A DNA stretch of 62,930 bases, counting the filler, from Octopus bimaculoides (Eukaryota), in the NCBI RefSeq assembly GCF_001194135.2. It is 9 parts of 9 records of this genome, joined end to end, with 100 filler letters (N's around TTAATTAATTAA, not from the genome) between each part and the next. Parts side by side here need not be neighbours in the genome. Positions count along the whole stretch, not along the records: positions 16,150 to 33,133 come from NC_068984.1; positions 33,234 to 48,411 come from NC_068982.1; 7 more parts are not named here. One strand, 5' to 3'. Shown here in pieces: positions 28,235 to 41,462 of this stretch. Below the pieces are notes generated by a model. It was not told the origin of the DNA. It saw only the letters and a program-made list of their open reading frames with translations, and made no database searches. The stretch's first letter is position 1. Every line of letters begins with the position of its first letter. Both the position numbers and the translations under genes were made by a program.

Positions 28235-28323
28235 CATAATCATCATCGTCGTCGTCGTTGTCGTCGCTGTCGTCGTCGTCATCATCATCATCATCGTCAT
28301 CATCATCATCATCATCATCATCA
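28235..28323. repeat. (ATC/GTC)n trinucleotide repeat
   Basis: Read directly; it gives spurious poly-Asp and poly-Met ORFs. Confidence 0.9.
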
Positions 28324-28719
28324 GTATTATCAATATTATCTGTACATATGCACAATAATAAGTTAATGCCAACATTACTATTATACAAGCCTATGCATGT
28401 CTGTGTGTATGTCAAACTATTGTTTTCACCATAATATTTCTACTTTTCCATTTAACATTTAAATAATCACATTTTGCTGACAATAATGTTGTGTGTGAAT
28501 AAATTCTTGCCATGCCATGCTGTGTCGAAAACATTATTGTGTATTCATATATATGTGCGTGTTTCTATCTATCTATCTATCTATCTATATATCTATCTAT
28601 CTATCTATATATATAAATATATATATATGGGAGAATGTGCGAAAAATCAACAACAGACGAGGACAGGTGGTGTAAATAACCAAAGGATGTATTAGTCTGA
28701 CGCTCGGGAATACGGAAAG

Positions 28720-28756
28720 TCTTTGACGTTTCGAGCTACGCTCTTCAACAGAAAGA
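28720..28756 (-). ncRNA. Candidate minimal type I hammerhead ribozyme with A6U core
   Basis: Minus strand: UCUUU-CUGUUGA-A-GAGC(GUA)GCUC-GAAAC-GUC-AAAGA. Helix I is 5 bp, helix II is 4 bp, helix III is the palindromic ACGU, and the cleavage triplet is GUC. Confidence 0.6.
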
Positions 28757-28879
28757 ATACGGAGACAAGGAGAAAAACACGGANNNNNNNNNNGAGCTAC
28801 GCTCTTCAACAGAAAGAATACGGAGACAAGGAGAAAAACACGGAGAAAAAAATGAATAGTGTCCAGTCAACGGTATGGG

Positions 28880-29269
28880 AGGGAAGAGAAAGAGAGAAAG
28901 AGAGGAGAGAGGGTGTGTTTAAGAGAGGGAAGGTGGAAGTGAGAGAGGGGGAATGTGGGTATGGGGGGAGAAAGAGAGGAAGAGAAAGAGAGTGAGAGAG
29001 AAGAGAGTGAGATAGAGGGAAAGAGAGAAGAGAGTGAGAGAGTAAGGGTAAGAGAGTAAGAGTGTAGAGAGTAAGAGTAAGAGAGAGTGAGAGAGAGGGA
29101 AAGAGAGAAGAGAGTGAGAGAGTAAGGGTGAGAGAGTAAGAGAGTAAGAGTGTAGAGAGTAAGAGTGAGAGAGGGGAGGATTACGAGAGAAGAGAGTGAG
29201 AGAGAGTAAGAGAGATGAGAGAAAGAGTAGGGGTGAAGACAAGTGAGAGTGAAGAGAAGTAGGAAGAGA
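28880..29269. repeat. GA-rich low-complexity/minisatellite tract
   Basis: Repeating agagagtaag and gagagagggaaagagagaag units. Confidence 0.9.
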
Positions 29270-29507
29270 NNNNNNNNNNNNNNNNNNNNNNNNNNNNNNN
29301 NNNNNNNNNNNNNNNNNNNNNNNNNNNNNNNNNNNNNNNNNNNNNNNNNNNNNNAGGCAGGAGGAGGAGGTTAGATGAAGAGGGGAGGGGAGTTAAGCCC
29401 ATGTGGCGCAGAATGCATACATACACACACTCTCTCTCATTGATACATGCACATATATGCACACGCAAAAATGGATATATATATATACGTATAACTTAAG
29501 TATGTAT

Positions 29508-29561
<54 letters not shown>

Positions 29562-31851
29562 TTTGTGTGCTTGTATGACTTGACGTAGAACATTCCTCTC
29601 TGTTCTAATATGCAATTGTTTCAATGTAGATTTTAAATAATCAAATTTTGATGTCTATGTAGGGAGTGAATAAATTCTTGCCACGTCGTAGCCTAACGTA
29701 AATAGAAGACTAGATCGAGTCTCAGTCTTGTCTATAAAGCTTACCAAAACCGAACAAGACACGCTGGACTTTCTCCAAACAAAAGTGCCAGACGTGATTA
29801 GAGTTCTCAAAATTCTAATTTCCAATGAGATATACTGCGTGCATTTGTTTTCGGTACTGATCTTGTAAAGCCTTCATACATACATGAACAAGAATACATA
29901 CAGGAACAGTGATGGAAACAAGCATATGCACACGTATTGATACATTTATAACTATGAACGGAAACACAAATTAGCACAAACAACTAAACACACAGGCACT
30001 CCCACACACACATATGGATATAAGTGTATACATATGTGTGTGTTTCTGTGTATATATGTATGCATACATATGTATATATTTACACATATATGTATAAATA
30101 TATATATATATATATATANNNNNNNNNNNNNNNNNNNNNNNNNNNNNNNNNNNNNNNNNNNNNNNNNNNNNNNNNNNNNNNNNNNNNNNNNNNNNNNNNN
30201 NNNNNNNNNNNNNNNNNNNNNNNNNNNNNNNNNNNNNNNNNNNNNNNNNNNNNNNNNNNNNNNNNNNNNNNNNNNNNNNNNNNNNNNNNNNNNNNNNNNN
30301 NNNNNNNNNNNNNNNNNNNNNNNNNNNNNNNNNNNNNNNNNNNNNNNNNNNNNNNNNNNNNNNNNNNNNNNNNNNNNNNNNNNNNNNNNNNNNNNNNNNN
30401 NNNNNNNNNNNNNNNNNNNNNNNNNNNNNNNNNNNNNNNNNNNNNNNNNNNNNNNATTTAAGTAATGCGAGCATTACATTAAATGCAATATGTAGAGCAA
30501 TCTTCAGCTGCAGAAAAATGCAGAAAAATACAGTAGAACATACATATTATAATTGTGGCAACATTTCAAATCCAAGTGGGAGGAAGAATACATAAAAATC
30601 CATCTTGACATAGTCAAGTCTATCAGGCTAGTAATTGTTTCTAGGCAAAAATTCTAAACTGTCTCTGATTTCATTGTCTCTTATCTAGTAGTAATAGTAT
30701 GAGGGACAATCACTTCTAAGGAAAGGGAAGGTGTAAGCATTATGCATGGACAAGGCTATAAAAGATATGGTTATAAAGGATTCTCTGGTCAGAGTGGCAA
30801 CACTCTTATAGGTTGGGTTGTTTTTACTACTATCAAAACGTTGAGGAATTAAACCCTAGGAATATAGGTCAAACAGGGCTTTTTCTTTAGTCTGAATAGA
30901 GCATCTGTATTGTTTTACAGATATCAATATTAGTTTCACCAATATTTTAACAATAAGAGGTATGCTAATAAAATAAAACAAGAGCATATAGATGTACATG
31001 TGTGCGTTTGTGTGTTTGTCTTTATGTTCAGTTTATATTAAAAACACTGCTACATTAATCTGATGGGTTACTCTAACTTTTATAGTGCACAAATTGATGT
31101 TTCTTAGGATAGAATATTATTAAGAGTGACTTCAAAGGTACGGCCAGTTATGGTATTGTCGAACTGCAATGCACTAAATCTTATCTTGGCATCATAAAGT
31201 GCCTTTTGAGTTAAAATCTTTCTCGGGCGTATGGCTTTTTGTGAAGTGGAAAGTAGGTTTTAGGGTGGGAGGATATGCAGAGGTATATTGGAGCTTTTCG
31301 GTTTTGTTAAATGTGGGGTTTTAACATATGAGAGCGTCTCATAAAGCGGACAACCTTTACACCGATCTATATCTGCTTGTAATCATCAATGAACAAGCTT
31401 AGCATATTCCTATATTTATATCATAAAACCATTCTCGACTTATACCGCACTAAAATACATGAATAGCACCAGTAACTAGTAAATAAACTAGCCAGCTAAG
31501 ACGTAGCATCTGCTTACATTCTCTTGTTTACACCTAAAATGTCGCTATAATAGGAATTATTATTTGTTTAGGAATTATGTGTGTGTTTGTATGTGTGTGT
31601 GCGTGCGCGCGCGCGTGTATACGAAAATGTGCTGAAAGTTTTTGGTTTTAAGGTTATTGCGAAAGAACTAGTTGAAGGCCCAAACTTCCGAGTCCTTTTA
31701 CAGGACGGTTACAGTGAATGTGTAAATCTGAGAGATCTGAGAGGCAAACGTATTCTATAAAATCATAATTAACTGATCCTCCTATATTTCCTTTTATTCA
31801 AAGCCAATGACTTTTCCCCACACCCTCGTGTATATATATATATATGAGTTT

Positions 31852-31891
<40 letters not shown>

Positions 31892-33233
31892 ATACATTTC
31901 GTAAGTTTATGTAGTTAACTTATGTTTCTCAACTACATGGGTTCGGACTCAATTCAACTGCACAGCAATTTCAAGTCCCGTTTGTAATAAAACCGAGGCC
32001 ACTAATTTATTTTAAATTATTTTATTTAAAGACAAACAGTAGATTTCCGAGATAAAGATCCAGTATTGAACAGAAAAAAAAGCAATCATACATCAAACAG
32101 TTTAAGTGCCCATACATGTTTCAAATTGTCTTCGGACATGAAATTATATTAAAAAATTTTAATCTGTTAAATACCTTATTTTAATTCATCCATGTATATG
32201 CATGTATATGAGTGGGAAAGATGTAATTTTGCCAGTAGAAATGGCAATCAATGTATTTCTGTCAACACGTTTCATTCTGCCTCCCATAAATAACTTACTG
32301 CTATATCTTAAAAGTTATCACCCAAAACGCTATATGTCCTTATGTCTCTAAGTTTGGGTTAACTATAACTATTATATACTTGTATAAATGAAACATTTTA
32401 GCTTTATGTTTACGCTATTTCAGTCATTTGCTTTCGCTTCTCTGCCTGTATATGCTCGTGATCACCTTCAAATTTATTTTATCTTTCTCTGATTATTTAC
32501 CTTTGCATTTTTATTGCAATATCATCTCATCCAGCTCTCAGTGTTTTTTTACTGTCTATACCACACTTTTATCAATTCTGTTTTCATGTACCCGTCTCTA
32601 TGAATACAGACTCTCGATCATAGGCTTCCTGACAACGTCCGTTTCACAAATTTTCCGTCTGAGCCTTAATTGTCTCAACCTCTGATCTTATGAAGATATC
32701 TTCCTCATTTTCATTACTCTTCATATTCAAAAACCTCCACGTTTTTATTTCGACCCATTTCAATATATCCACTTCCATATGTCTATCAAATTTCTTAGTG
32801 AAGTTTCCAGCTTCCTACGTTCTAAACTTTTCCCTTCACGGTTTTTTGCGTTGTTATTCTGCTGTTCATTCTATTATATTATTTTCTTTAATTTCTGTCT
32901 CGTCTGTGATATTCTTGTTGTAACTTCTCAACCACGCTTCGATGACTTCTTTTAATTAACATTACTTCTATTTTCTACTTTTTTTTTGTTTTGCTGCCAG
33001 AATGTTCATTACGCTATCTTTATTTGTTGTATTTATATTATTCATTCTCTGCCGAGGAAAATGCAGTTCGAAATGTCACAAAATATTTGTATGTCAGTCA
33101 GTAAGCTGCATCGTTTATATATATATATATATANNNNNNNNNNNNNNNNNNNNNNNNNNNNNNNNNNNNNNNNNNNNTTAATTAATTAANNNNNNNNNNN
33201 NNNNNNNNNNNNNNNNNNNNNNNNNNNNNNNNN

Positions 33234-33570
33234 CTGGCAGCATCTCTGTACATGGCTCGCACAGCTCTCACTAACCATTCTTCTATCCCAAGTTTCCTCA
33301 TTGACCACCAGATAAGGGATCGGGGGACCCTGTCAAAGGCTTTCTCCATGTCAACGAAAGCCAGGTACAGAGGTTTATCCTTAGCTAGGTATTTCTCCTG
33401 CAACTGTCTCACTAGAAATAAGGCATCAGTAGTGCTTTTACCTGGCACAAACCCAAACTGCATCTCATCTAAATTGATTCGCTCCCTAATTAGTTGGGCT
33501 ATGACCCTCTCTGTAACTTTCATAACCTGATCTAACAGCTTGATGCCTCTGTAATTATTTGTATCTATAT
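33234..33570 (-). mobile_element. Young RTE (BovB-like) LINE, N-terminal RT fragment, cut by a contig join
   Basis: Intact frame NNYRGIKLLDQVMKVTERV...QFGFVPGKSTTDALFLVRQLQEKY...LYLAFVDMEKAFDRVPRSLIWWSMRKLG. Confidence 0.92.
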
Positions 33571-34028
33571 ATATATATATAAATGTATTTGTGTCTGTGT
33601 TTCCCTCACTACCAATGCTTGACAGCCGATGTTGGTGTGTTAACGTACCCCGTAACTTAGTGGTTCAGCAAAACAAACCGATAGAATAAGTACTAGACTT
33701 ACAAAGAGTAAGTCTTGGGGTTGATATGTTCGACTAAAGGCGGTGCTCCAGCATGGCTGCAGTCAAATGTCTGAAACAAGTAGAGGAATTGAAGAAGAGA
33801 AGAACCTTCGAGGCTAAAAAAAAAAGGAAGTTAGTTTGTTTAGTATTTATACACGTAGAAAGCCTAAAATTTGATGGATGCTGTTAAGTCGATATCATCG
33901 ACTCCAGAACTTGAAGCGTTATTTTATTTTATTGACCTCGGCAGAATAAAAGGCAAATTTGACCTAGGGATCATTTGAACTCAAAACATGAAGAACCGAA
34001 AGGATATTATAAATGTCACTTATAAATA

Positions 34029-34429
34029 CCGTAAATCCTCGAGTATAATCCGCACTTTTTTCCCAAAATTTAACGGTCAAAATTTCTAGTGCGTACTATA
34101 TACGAGGTTAAAAATGAAAAATATTTTCTTAGCAAAATTTTGTAAGTGATAAATATGTAAAGGCAATTTACTTAATATTTATTTTTCACTGGCGTTATTA
34201 CTGTTATTTCTTTATTTTCTGCAAAGTGCACAAAAAAGCTACACGTTTGCATTATGTTATATATACAATAATAATAAAGGACGTTACCGTATATACGTTT
34301 ACAAACCAAGGACTTTATATAGACCTCGACTCAAGTTAGAGAAGGGGTGCGTATTATACACAAGGTTTAGGTTTTTCAGAGGTACAGCCCCCTAAAAATC
34401 CCCTGCCTATTATACTCAAGGATTTACAG
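34029..34429. mobile_element. Tc1/mariner-superfamily (pogo/Tc2-like) MITE with TA target-site duplications
   Basis: TIRs ta|ccgtaaatcctcgagtataat and attatactcaaggatttacag|ta. Confidence 0.75.
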
Positions 34430-35985
34430 TATTAAAGAAATGTAATTTCGCATTTCTGAAATGCTAGATACAAAGTTATATGGGAGTTGTCCCCCTTGGA
34501 CGATAATACAGCGTCTTCATCCTTTTATTTCTATTTCTAGTTAAAGAAAGAATGAAATGGTTTTCTTTTTTGCAAAATATTGTGATTCGTTCATATTTCT
34601 ATGTCTCACACACAACGAATATTACAAACCGCCCAGAGAGGGTTAGAATCTCTATATGGTCACTTAACTGGTTGTGCATATTATTATTTTATTGTGCATA
34701 TAATCATTTGATTCAACGTATTCCCCTCTCAGATTCACACACTTATTGCAGCGGTCGTTCAGTTTGTTCTAAGCTCTGTTAAAGAACTCAGATGGTTGGG
34801 TCTCAAACCAGGCCTTTTGCGACACCCTTAAAGCCAGGAACTTTTCAGTACCCCTCGTATACGAGATGCTTTCTTGAGACAAATATTCTGTAAATTTATA
34901 TACTGGTTTCAAATTTTGACACAAGGTCGGCTATTTCGGGGAGCGGGTAATTGGATGACATCGATCCCAGTACTCAACTGGTACTTACTTTATCGATCCC
35001 GAAAGAGAGGAAAGGCTAAGTCGACCTCGGGGGAATCTGAACTCAAAACGTTAGGACAGACGAAAAGCTGTTAAGCAATTTGCAGCTCTCCGCCTTGTGA
35101 ATATCTTTATAAATCGGTTTCAAAATTTGGCACAAGATCAACAATTTGGGGGCAAGAAGGTAAGTCGATGACATCGACCCCAGCCCTCAACTGGTACTTA
35201 TTTTATCGACCCCGAAAAGGAAGAAATGCAAAGTTAACTTCAGCGGAATTTGAACTTAGAACATATATTACCATTTAAAAAAAATAGAAAAGGATACATT
35301 GGACAACGGAATAGTTCCTGGTATACAAAAAAAAAAAAAAGCGGCATGTTCATACACAAGTGTAGCTAGAGTGTATGCCGCCGGAGGGTGGCCCTTCCGT
35401 TTGCCGCCCCCCAGGCCCCACAAAAAATATATTGCCTACAACACACCCAAAAGTGCTCTCATGCTAGGGCACTGCGTTCAAGAAATTTTAGTCGCATTAA
35501 TCGATCCCAGCAGTTTTTGTTTTTCCAAGCCTGGTTCTTATTCAATCAGGCTTCAACACCGTATCTGTGTGTGCGTGTTTCGTCTCTCTACCCACCATTT
35601 GGCAACCGGTGTTGGTTCGTTTACGTCCGTGTAACATAGCAGTTTGGCCAAAGATCGATACAATAAGTACCAGACTTTAAAACAAAAATATATAAGCACT
35701 GGGGGTTAATTCGACTAAACTCTCAGGACAGTGCTCCAGCATGGCCGCACGCCTGAAACAAGCAAAAGATAAAAGACGAATGGTGTCTGAGTAATATTCC
35801 ACGCTAGTTATTTCTTTAGGACGAAGGTTATGAAGTTCATTTTGCTTCAGAATCCTGGTTGTGGGTCGTGATTCCACTACGAAGCACTTTTAAACAAGTT
35901 TCTATTTTCATTCAGTCTGGTTGAGCAATGCTGTGTGAGCGGAATTTGGTACACAAAAACTGTGCACAAGCCTGTCGTCTTTGTG

Positions 35986-36023
<38 letters not shown>

Positions 36024-36174
36024 TACACGCTCTTCTCAGTCATTGAACAGCAGTTATGGACTAATTTAGTCAATCATATCGCTCCCAGTCCTTATCAGTC
36101 ACTACGCAATAATATATATGTACGCTCGCATGTGCGTGTGAGTGAATGAATAAGAGAAAACCAAAACATCATTC

Positions 36175-36390
36175 GAGGCGAGCTGGCAGAATCGTTACCG
36201 CGCCGAGAAAAATGCTCAACAGCATTTCCCCCGACTTTACGTTTCGGGTTCAAATGCCGCCAGGTCGACATTGCCTTTCATCCTTTCAGAGTCGATAAAT
36301 TAAGTACCAGTTGAGTATTGGAGACCTATGTAATCGACTTAACATCTCCCTCAGAATTGCTGGCCTTGTGTTAAACTTCGAAATCAATGT
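36175..36390 (+). mobile_element. tRNA-derived SINE family B, near full length
   Basis: gagctggcagaatcgttacc head, gggttcaaatgccgcc B-box, and gtcgacattgcctttcatcctttc...ataaattaagtaccag body. Confidence 0.75.
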
Positions 36391-36431
36391 AGCTTTCAAA
36401 TATATATTTTATTAAAGCTGCAAAAACATTA

Positions 36432-36479
36432 CAAAACTGTTACTCCGAGTATCACGTTTCTGCTCGTCGGACAGTTTTG
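36432..36479 (-). ncRNA. Hammerhead-ribozyme-like relic (type I) with a perfect 9-bp helix I
   Basis: Minus strand: CAAAACUGU-CCGACGA-GCAGAAACGU-GAUA-CUCGGA-GUA-ACAGUUUUG. Core deviations are U4C and A14U; helix III is the near-palindromic ACUCGGAGU. Confidence 0.5.
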
Positions 36480-36525
36480 ATCAAGACTGGAGTGTTTACT
36501 CGTATGTGTATTTATAGATAGATAG

Positions 36526-36880
36526 GAGTGGCTGTGTGGTAAGTAGCTTGCTTTCCAACCACATGGTTCCGGGTTCAGTCCCACTGCGTGGCATCTTGGG
36601 CAAGTACTTCGTACTATATTCTCGGGCCGACCAAAGCCTTGTGAATGAATTTGGTAGACGGAAACTGAAAGAAGCCCATCGTATATATATATATATATTC
36701 GTGTCTGTTTGTCTCCCAACATCACTTGACAACTGATGCTGGTGTTTATGTTCCCGTAACGTAGCGGTTCATCAAAAGGATCCGATAGAATAAGTATTAG
36801 ACTTACAAAGAATAAGTCCTTGGGTTGATTTGCTCGAATAACGGCGGCGCTCCAGCATAGCCGCAGTCAAATGACAAATA
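36526..36880 (+). mobile_element. tRNA-derived SINE family A, full length with internal (TA)n
   Basis: gagtggctgtgtggtaagtagcttgc...ggttccgggttcagtccc head, CORE-like cttgggcaagt segment, (TA)n, and a 3' domain ending gccgcagtcaaatgac. Confidence 0.85.
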
Positions 36881-38958
36881 ATATATGTATTTATATATTC
36901 AGGATTAAATAAAAAAAACAAACGGAAAATCTGACATATATTATATTTATTATATTTATCTAATGATATTTACTTTACTTTATATTATACTCATTTATTG
37001 TGCTTTTAATTATTAAATTTTCTATATGTGATAGTGGATTTTCATCGATGAGTTCTTGAAAATTGGTTATTTTCCCTAAAACTATATATTTTATATATAT
37101 TTATATAAAGACGTAGTAAATAAACAAACAAACATATACTAAACACACAGATGAATAGAAAATACAGGTCACCAACTTCTCGTCAGTTACCAGCCATCTA
37201 CACGTATACATACGTACATTTACATATGGATAACCCTGCAACCGAATAGCCTTCCAATCAGCAGGGTGGTATAATCAAAAATGTATTGTGACCAGCAATG
37301 TATAACAACATCTGGTCGATCAAGTGATTGATTTGATCTAATTTCAGCTCATGAGCTGTGGCACCATGATCATGTCTTCTGCTCCCAGAATAGATCCATG
37401 CCCCATCCCCCATGTTTTTGTATATCAGGAAGTAGATTGACCGATGTGTCACTTTCTACGGAATATTTGAGGCAATTTCACCGATGTTTGAGTGGCTTTA
37501 GAAACCACACACATGCTTGCTTCTCATTGTCAACTTGACTGTCCAGACGTTCGTTTCAGAGGAAACTTCTCTTAACATTAGGGAGATGTAAAATACTGCC
37601 CTGTTTTTTTTTTTTTGGTCTAATATTGTCAATGTTGGCCTGAGATACTAACACTGTGTTACTGCAAGCCATGAAAGCTGGCGACTGGAAGAACGTCAGA
37701 CTATAAAAAACACTACATTGGAAAACTTGTTCGGCCATGAAATCATGGAAAATGTAATGATGATAGATAGGAAAGCTTAATTGGAATTGTTTAGACTTAG
37801 AACAGCCCTGATTAAACAAATCTATGATCAAAAGCATTCCAGTTAAGACCATTCTGGATTTCATTCAAAATGTGTACACAAGAAATATTTACAGTACCAT
37901 GCGCTCAGTGTAGTAAACCAAGAAGTTTTAATTGAATAAGGAATATCCAATACCATCTTCCTTTATACAAAGAAAAAAAATCAGTCTATAATAGATCAAA
38001 CATGTAAAAGTTTGCTCTTTGCATCACACTGGATTTTTTTTTTTTTTTTTAAGTATTATTATTTAAGAAATATCATTCCATTAGGTTTTTAATTAGACAG
38101 GTATGCAAATAGTACCAATCAGTTAATGCGTTTGGATTTGCAATATTATGTAATTTTGATCTGAAATTGATAATAAACCCAATAAACACACTCACCAGTT
38201 TATTATGAATTTTATGTCAGTGATGCTCTCAACATCAGTGATTCCAAAGATTTTCTATGTCCTACACACTAAGAAAATAGTTAATTTCTACATAGAAATA
38301 TCAGTTAAAAGAAGCATTTAAAAGAAACAATATACACTCGAAGGTTACAGATTGGTGTTTGAGTAAAATATTTTGGGGAATAAAAATAAACCTCACTAAG
38401 TTTGGAAAGAGTGAAATGTAAGCAAACAACAAGTGAATGTTTATAGATTTTAATCAATTATGCCTCTTTCCAAATATAACATTCTTAACTTTATATACTG
38501 CCATATTACACTGGTATTGGTCAACCGAAATAATTTAGGTTAGATTTTGATTTTAGTAGGCAGTTTCAGGTAGATTTAGTGAATTTGATAAAGGCAAAGG
38601 AATAGTCATATGAAAATGGAAACACAGAATATCAGAACCAGATCCAAACACGGGATTTTTTTTAGGGAGCTGCACCAAAGAAATTAAACGCACAAGTCAA
38701 TTAAAGAAAAATTTATATTTATAGAAATAAGACCATTGGGGGCCACAAGCAGCCCTGGGAACTGTGATTGAGAAAGGTTGCTGTTACATGTCATTTCTCT
38801 GAGAAACATAGTAGATACGAGTTATTCAGAATGAATAAAACATTAACATCTGTCCTAAAATAAAAATTCAATTCAAAATACTATTGGTAAAAATAATTCA
38901 AGCTAAATACTTTAAAGTGAAGACAAGAGTCAAAAATAAGAAAAGTTATCGACAGAAC

Positions 38959-38964
38959 TTTATT
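38959..38964 (-). terminator. Candidate polyadenylation signal (AATAAA) for CCT7
   Basis: tttatt on the plus strand about 575 nt past the stop. Not verified by transcript data. Confidence 0.3.
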
Positions 38965-39538
38965 TTAAACATATTTATCCATATTCTTCAGTTGGTATAA
39001 GCATTGTCAAAGAATTGCAAAGAAAGCAATGGGTAAGGTAGCACAAGGAAAGATCTCTCAGTAGATTCAACAGGGAGAACAATAACATGATGAAGCAAAA
39101 TTTATATCTTAATTATCAATGGGCTAATTAGAAATAAATTACATAAATAGGAAACTGATGACCTTCAATATGAGAATGCTCATTGCAGTAACAGAACCAT
39201 ACAAGTTTAGGTATGCAATAAAAAGACTTACCTTAAAAGATATGATAAAAGAGTACTAGTAAAATGTATAAACCTAAATGCACATATAGATTTATAATTT
39301 AATAGACTGTAAATACAGAATATAGCTAACTGAGAGGCATATATTAACTTATGTGTTCAGTTCATTTAAATTATTACATTTTGTTTTTGAACAAGGCTAC
39401 AGAGCACAAGATATGAAAGGAGACAGCCAACTCTTAGCAAAAGTTGACCTCAGTAATAATGTTCAATGTGAAAACCAGTGGAAAGTGTTACAAATGGCAA
39501 CCTATCTGGTGATATATTAAGGAGATGTAATTATGTTA

Positions 39539-39747
39539 TTATGCTGGCCGTCCTCTTCCTCTGCCTCCAGCATCAGGTGCTTCAGATTTAGGATTTTTGA
39601 TAGTTTCATCAACAGACAACAGTAGACAAGTTGCTTCTACAGCTGCTAGAAGAGCGTTACATTTGACAACAGCAGGTTCCCAAATACATGCTTCAAAGTT
39701 ATCTGTAATATCTTCATTCATCACATCAACTCCATACCACATACCAC
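39539..39747 (-). CDS. CCT7: CCT7 (T-complex protein 1 subunit eta), last coding exon
   Basis: Acceptor ttttgtag, phase 1. Encodes (G)[68 protein letters not shown], matching the CCT-eta C-terminus (WYGVD...VDETIKNP...GRGRGRP). Confidence 0.97.
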
Positions 39748-39999
39748 CTACAAAATCAAAAGGAACAATTTCAATAAAGTTCTAATTTAATTTATAAGTA
39801 AGTCCTATAAATCTTAACACAGCATGTAAAATTTTATTTACAGTAAACTTAATCCCAAAAGGATTCAACGTAGATTTATAAATATTTTTATGCTCTCCAT
39901 GTCAGATCATTCTAATTTACTATTTTCTAAGTTTCCATATAATAAAGAAAAACTCATCATTACTTCACCAGTATCATCATCATTTAATATCCGTTTTGT

Positions 40000-40140
40000 A
40001 TGCTGGTATGGGTTGGACGGTTTGACAGAAGCTGGTATGGCCAAGAGCCACACCAAGCTCAACTGTCTGTTTTGGCATGGTCTTTACAGCTGGATGCCCA
40101 TCCTGACACTCACCACTTTACAGGGTGGTTTTACATGGCC
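40000..40140 (-). mobile_element. RTE-tail short element (SINE or LINE 3' UTR remnant) in CCT7 intron
   Basis: atcatcatcatttaatatccgttt..atgctggtatgggttggacgg...acagctggatgccc resembles 42232-42370. Confidence 0.6.
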
Positions 40141-40159
40141 CCATCACCATTCTAGATGA

Positions 40160-40920
40160 AATCTTGAGGTCAAAAGAGATGTCCAATTATTCTGGATGGG
40201 TGATCTATGTATAATGATAAACACAAAGTGTCTTCTTTCCTTTTCGTCTACGGCACATCACTTATGAACGTCAACTCCAACTCAAGAGGAAATTTACCTG
40301 CAGGCTGCACGAGATGACATTGAGCATGCCAACTCTGAGATAGTCCTTCATAAGACATTTGTCATGTGGCCTAAACATCAGACTTGAATGTATCCACAAA
40401 GTTACAGACAAAAAAAAAAGGGCTGTGACAGATCAATCTGACAAAAACAGTGGCCAGCAAATTTTGACCATCTTTGATTGATTGTCTGTCTGATGGACAG
40501 TAAAGATCCACATAGTGACTTATTTGACATATGGTCATCATAAGAAATATTAAAGGACTTGTACAAAAGTTGAGTGTATATGCTGTCTCACGTACAACTG
40601 CAAATGCTCGACATCTCACAGACCAGGAGTTGGCTGTCATTGAAGTTGATTTCTCAATAAACTGTTTGAAGATAAAGACCATCAGTGGTGAAAATGCTGG
40701 TGAGTGTGTGGTCATACACTTACATTAGGGAACATCAATTCAGATGCTAATTTCTGGCACCTGGGCTCTTGTACTCATTCTACCAGTACAATCAGCATTC
40801 AACAAAATATAGAAAATTTGGAAAGGACCACAACTGTAAAGTGAGCCAAAACTATGCCCATTTCATGCTTCAGTAGAATTTGTTCTGTTCTATGGCTCTG
40901 AATGCTTGTCTCTTATGGTG
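40160..40920 (+). mobile_element. Old RTE LINE RT relic in CCT7 intron (antisense to the gene)
   Basis: Decayed RTE C-terminal motifs AFNK..KIWK and ASVEFVLFYGSEC (compare ..VESVLLYGSE). Confidence 0.55.
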
Positions 40921-41205
40921 ACTCTATTAGTAATTACCCATGAAGCATGCTTTACTGTTAAATCTAAATGCAGAAGATGACTAAAAACTGGTGTCTATTC
41001 CCAATATTTAAATAAAACTGAATCAATATAAAAGTGTTCTGAAGAAAAATATGAGATGTTAATTTATGACCCCCAAGCAGAACATCTAATATCTTAGCAA
41101 CCAATTTATCCATTTGTGTGTGTGCATAATACACACACACACAATGCAAAATGGAATTTTAAATAATCCAGAAAGGAGCAGATAAATTCACTATCATTTT
41201 AAAAA

Positions 41206-41291
<86 letters not shown>

Positions 41292-41462
41292 GCGTGTGCG
41301 TGCGTGTGCAGGAAAACTTTGATTTTCATATTGAAATTGTTTGGGAACAGCGTACTCAATTTTAAATCCCTTTCAAATGGAGAGTTTATGGCTAAAATAC
41401 ACTACGCAGAAGGATTTATAGATTACGTGCAATTTCAGAAATTTATTTTATTTTTTACTGAC

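Noticed and set aside
32400-33000. Purine-rich minus-strand stretch vaguely like an L1/Tx1 linker region
   Set aside because: It is too degenerate, with no diagnostic motif that I can support.
39890-39985. Possible box C/D snoRNA in a CCT7 intron (minus strand AUGAUGA...CUGA)
   Set aside because: There is no terminal stem or recognisable rRNA guide, the C-box motifs come from ATC repeats next to an RTE tail, and it is too far from a clear snoRNA signature.
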